From contig NZ_LN831039.1 in assembly GCF_001457595.1 (NCBI RefSeq), positions 1,230,001-1,262,000 on the forward strand: a stretch of 32,000 bases of DNA, read 5' to 3'. Position numbers and translations under genes: made by a program. This document shows, piece by piece, positions 31,479 through 32,000 of the stretch. The notes beneath the pieces are model-generated. The model had not been told where the DNA came from. It saw nothing but the letters and a program-made list of their open reading frames with translations, and ran no database searches. The stretch comes from Mycolicibacterium smegmatis. GTDB lineage: Bacteria > Actinomycetota > Actinomycetes > Mycobacteriales > Mycobacteriaceae. The stretch's first letter is position 1. Each line of letters starts with the position of its first letter.

Positions 31479-32000
31479 TCACACCGATATCGGCGTCTTG
31501 TCCGGGTAGATCATCTCGGCCGGTGCGTTGGTGCGCCGCCCGACGACGAAGTAGTACAGCGCTGCGGTGACGACGAGGCCGACGATCCAGGAGATGTCGG
31601 CACCGCCGAGCATGTTGGTGATCGGCCCGGTGTAGAGCTTCTGCGCGAGGAACGGGATCTGGACGACGACGCCGACGACGTAGCAGGCGAGTGCGGGCAG
31701 GTTCCATGAGCCGTACCGGCCCGCTGGGTCGTAGAGGGCCGGAATGTCCACGCGCTCTTTGGAGATCACGTAGTAGTCGGTGAGGTTGATCGCGCTCCAC
31801 GGCGTGAAGACCATGAGCAGCGTCAGCACGAAGTTCTTGAAGTTGTCGAGGAAGTCCGCGCTGGCGACCACGGCGATCGCCACGGACACCGCGGTGAAGC
31901 CCACGATGTAGGCGGCGCGGACGGCGGGCGCGATGCGGGTCTGGCCGTTGATCCCGCTCACGGTGGTCAGGATGCACATGAACCCGCCGTAGGCGTTGAG
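31479..32000 (-). CDS. NCS1 family (cytosine/purine/uracil/thiamine/allantoin) permease, C-terminal part; continues beyond window
   Basis: The frame is open to the window edge (…LNAYGGFMCILTTVSG…). Multiple TM segments. The pattern FTPWSAINLTDYY…ISWIVG is typical of NCS1 C-termini. Confidence 0.7.
   Translation of the reverse strand, partial: LNAYGGFMCILTTVSGINGQTRIAPAVRAAYIVGFTAVSVAIAVVASADFLDNFKNFVLTLLMVFTPWSAINLTDYYVISKERVDIPALYDPAGRYGSWNLPALACYVVGVVVQIPFLAQKLYTGPITNMLGGADISWIVGLVVTAALYYFVVGRRTNAPAEMIYPDKTPISV

Noticed and set aside
1-32000. CRISPR arrays, IS elements, rRNA genes or integrase/transposase genes
   Set aside because: I found no regularly spaced direct repeats, no terminal inverted repeats flanking a transposase-like ORF, and no recombinase motifs in the listed ORFs.

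Overview
High-GC actinobacterial (Mycobacterium-like) DNA in two parts. Positions 1 to about 21750 are the right-hand part of an integrated siphovirus-type, mycobacteriophage-like prophage. It carries one rightward late operon: terminase large subunit (3' part), portal, MuF-like protein, scaffold, major capsid, four head-tail joining genes, major tail, two tail assembly chaperone ORFs, an 1158-aa tape measure with an embedded NlpC/P60-like motif, and about ten minor tail and small genes. The prophage ends in a leftward 84-aa basic-protein gene, a lower-GC attP-arm-like stretch with tandem 10-bp repeats, and a 3' fragment of tRNA-Tyr(GTA) plus terminator, which I read as attR. The integrase and attL must lie outside the window to the left. 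Positions 21750-32000 are host chromosome: an RHH protein, a quinone-oxidoreductase-like MDR enzyme with a MarR regulator, a CYP136-like P450 with a divergent TetR, an MFS transporter, an arsR-acr3 / cadI / arsR metal(loid) cluster, a secreted PE-PPE-domain-like protein and a truncated NCS1 permease. I did not recognise a defence system or any clearly novel multi-gene system. The most unusual observations are: a tail-chaperone pair with no usable frameshift (same frame, split by one UAG); interleaved RNA stems between the major tail and chaperone genes; a roughly 20-aa periodic repeat array in a glycine-rich tail protein; the attR-proximal small genes; and a three-site palindromic operator motif linking the MarR and oxidoreductase genes. 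All homology calls rest on motif recognition by eye and need a database check.
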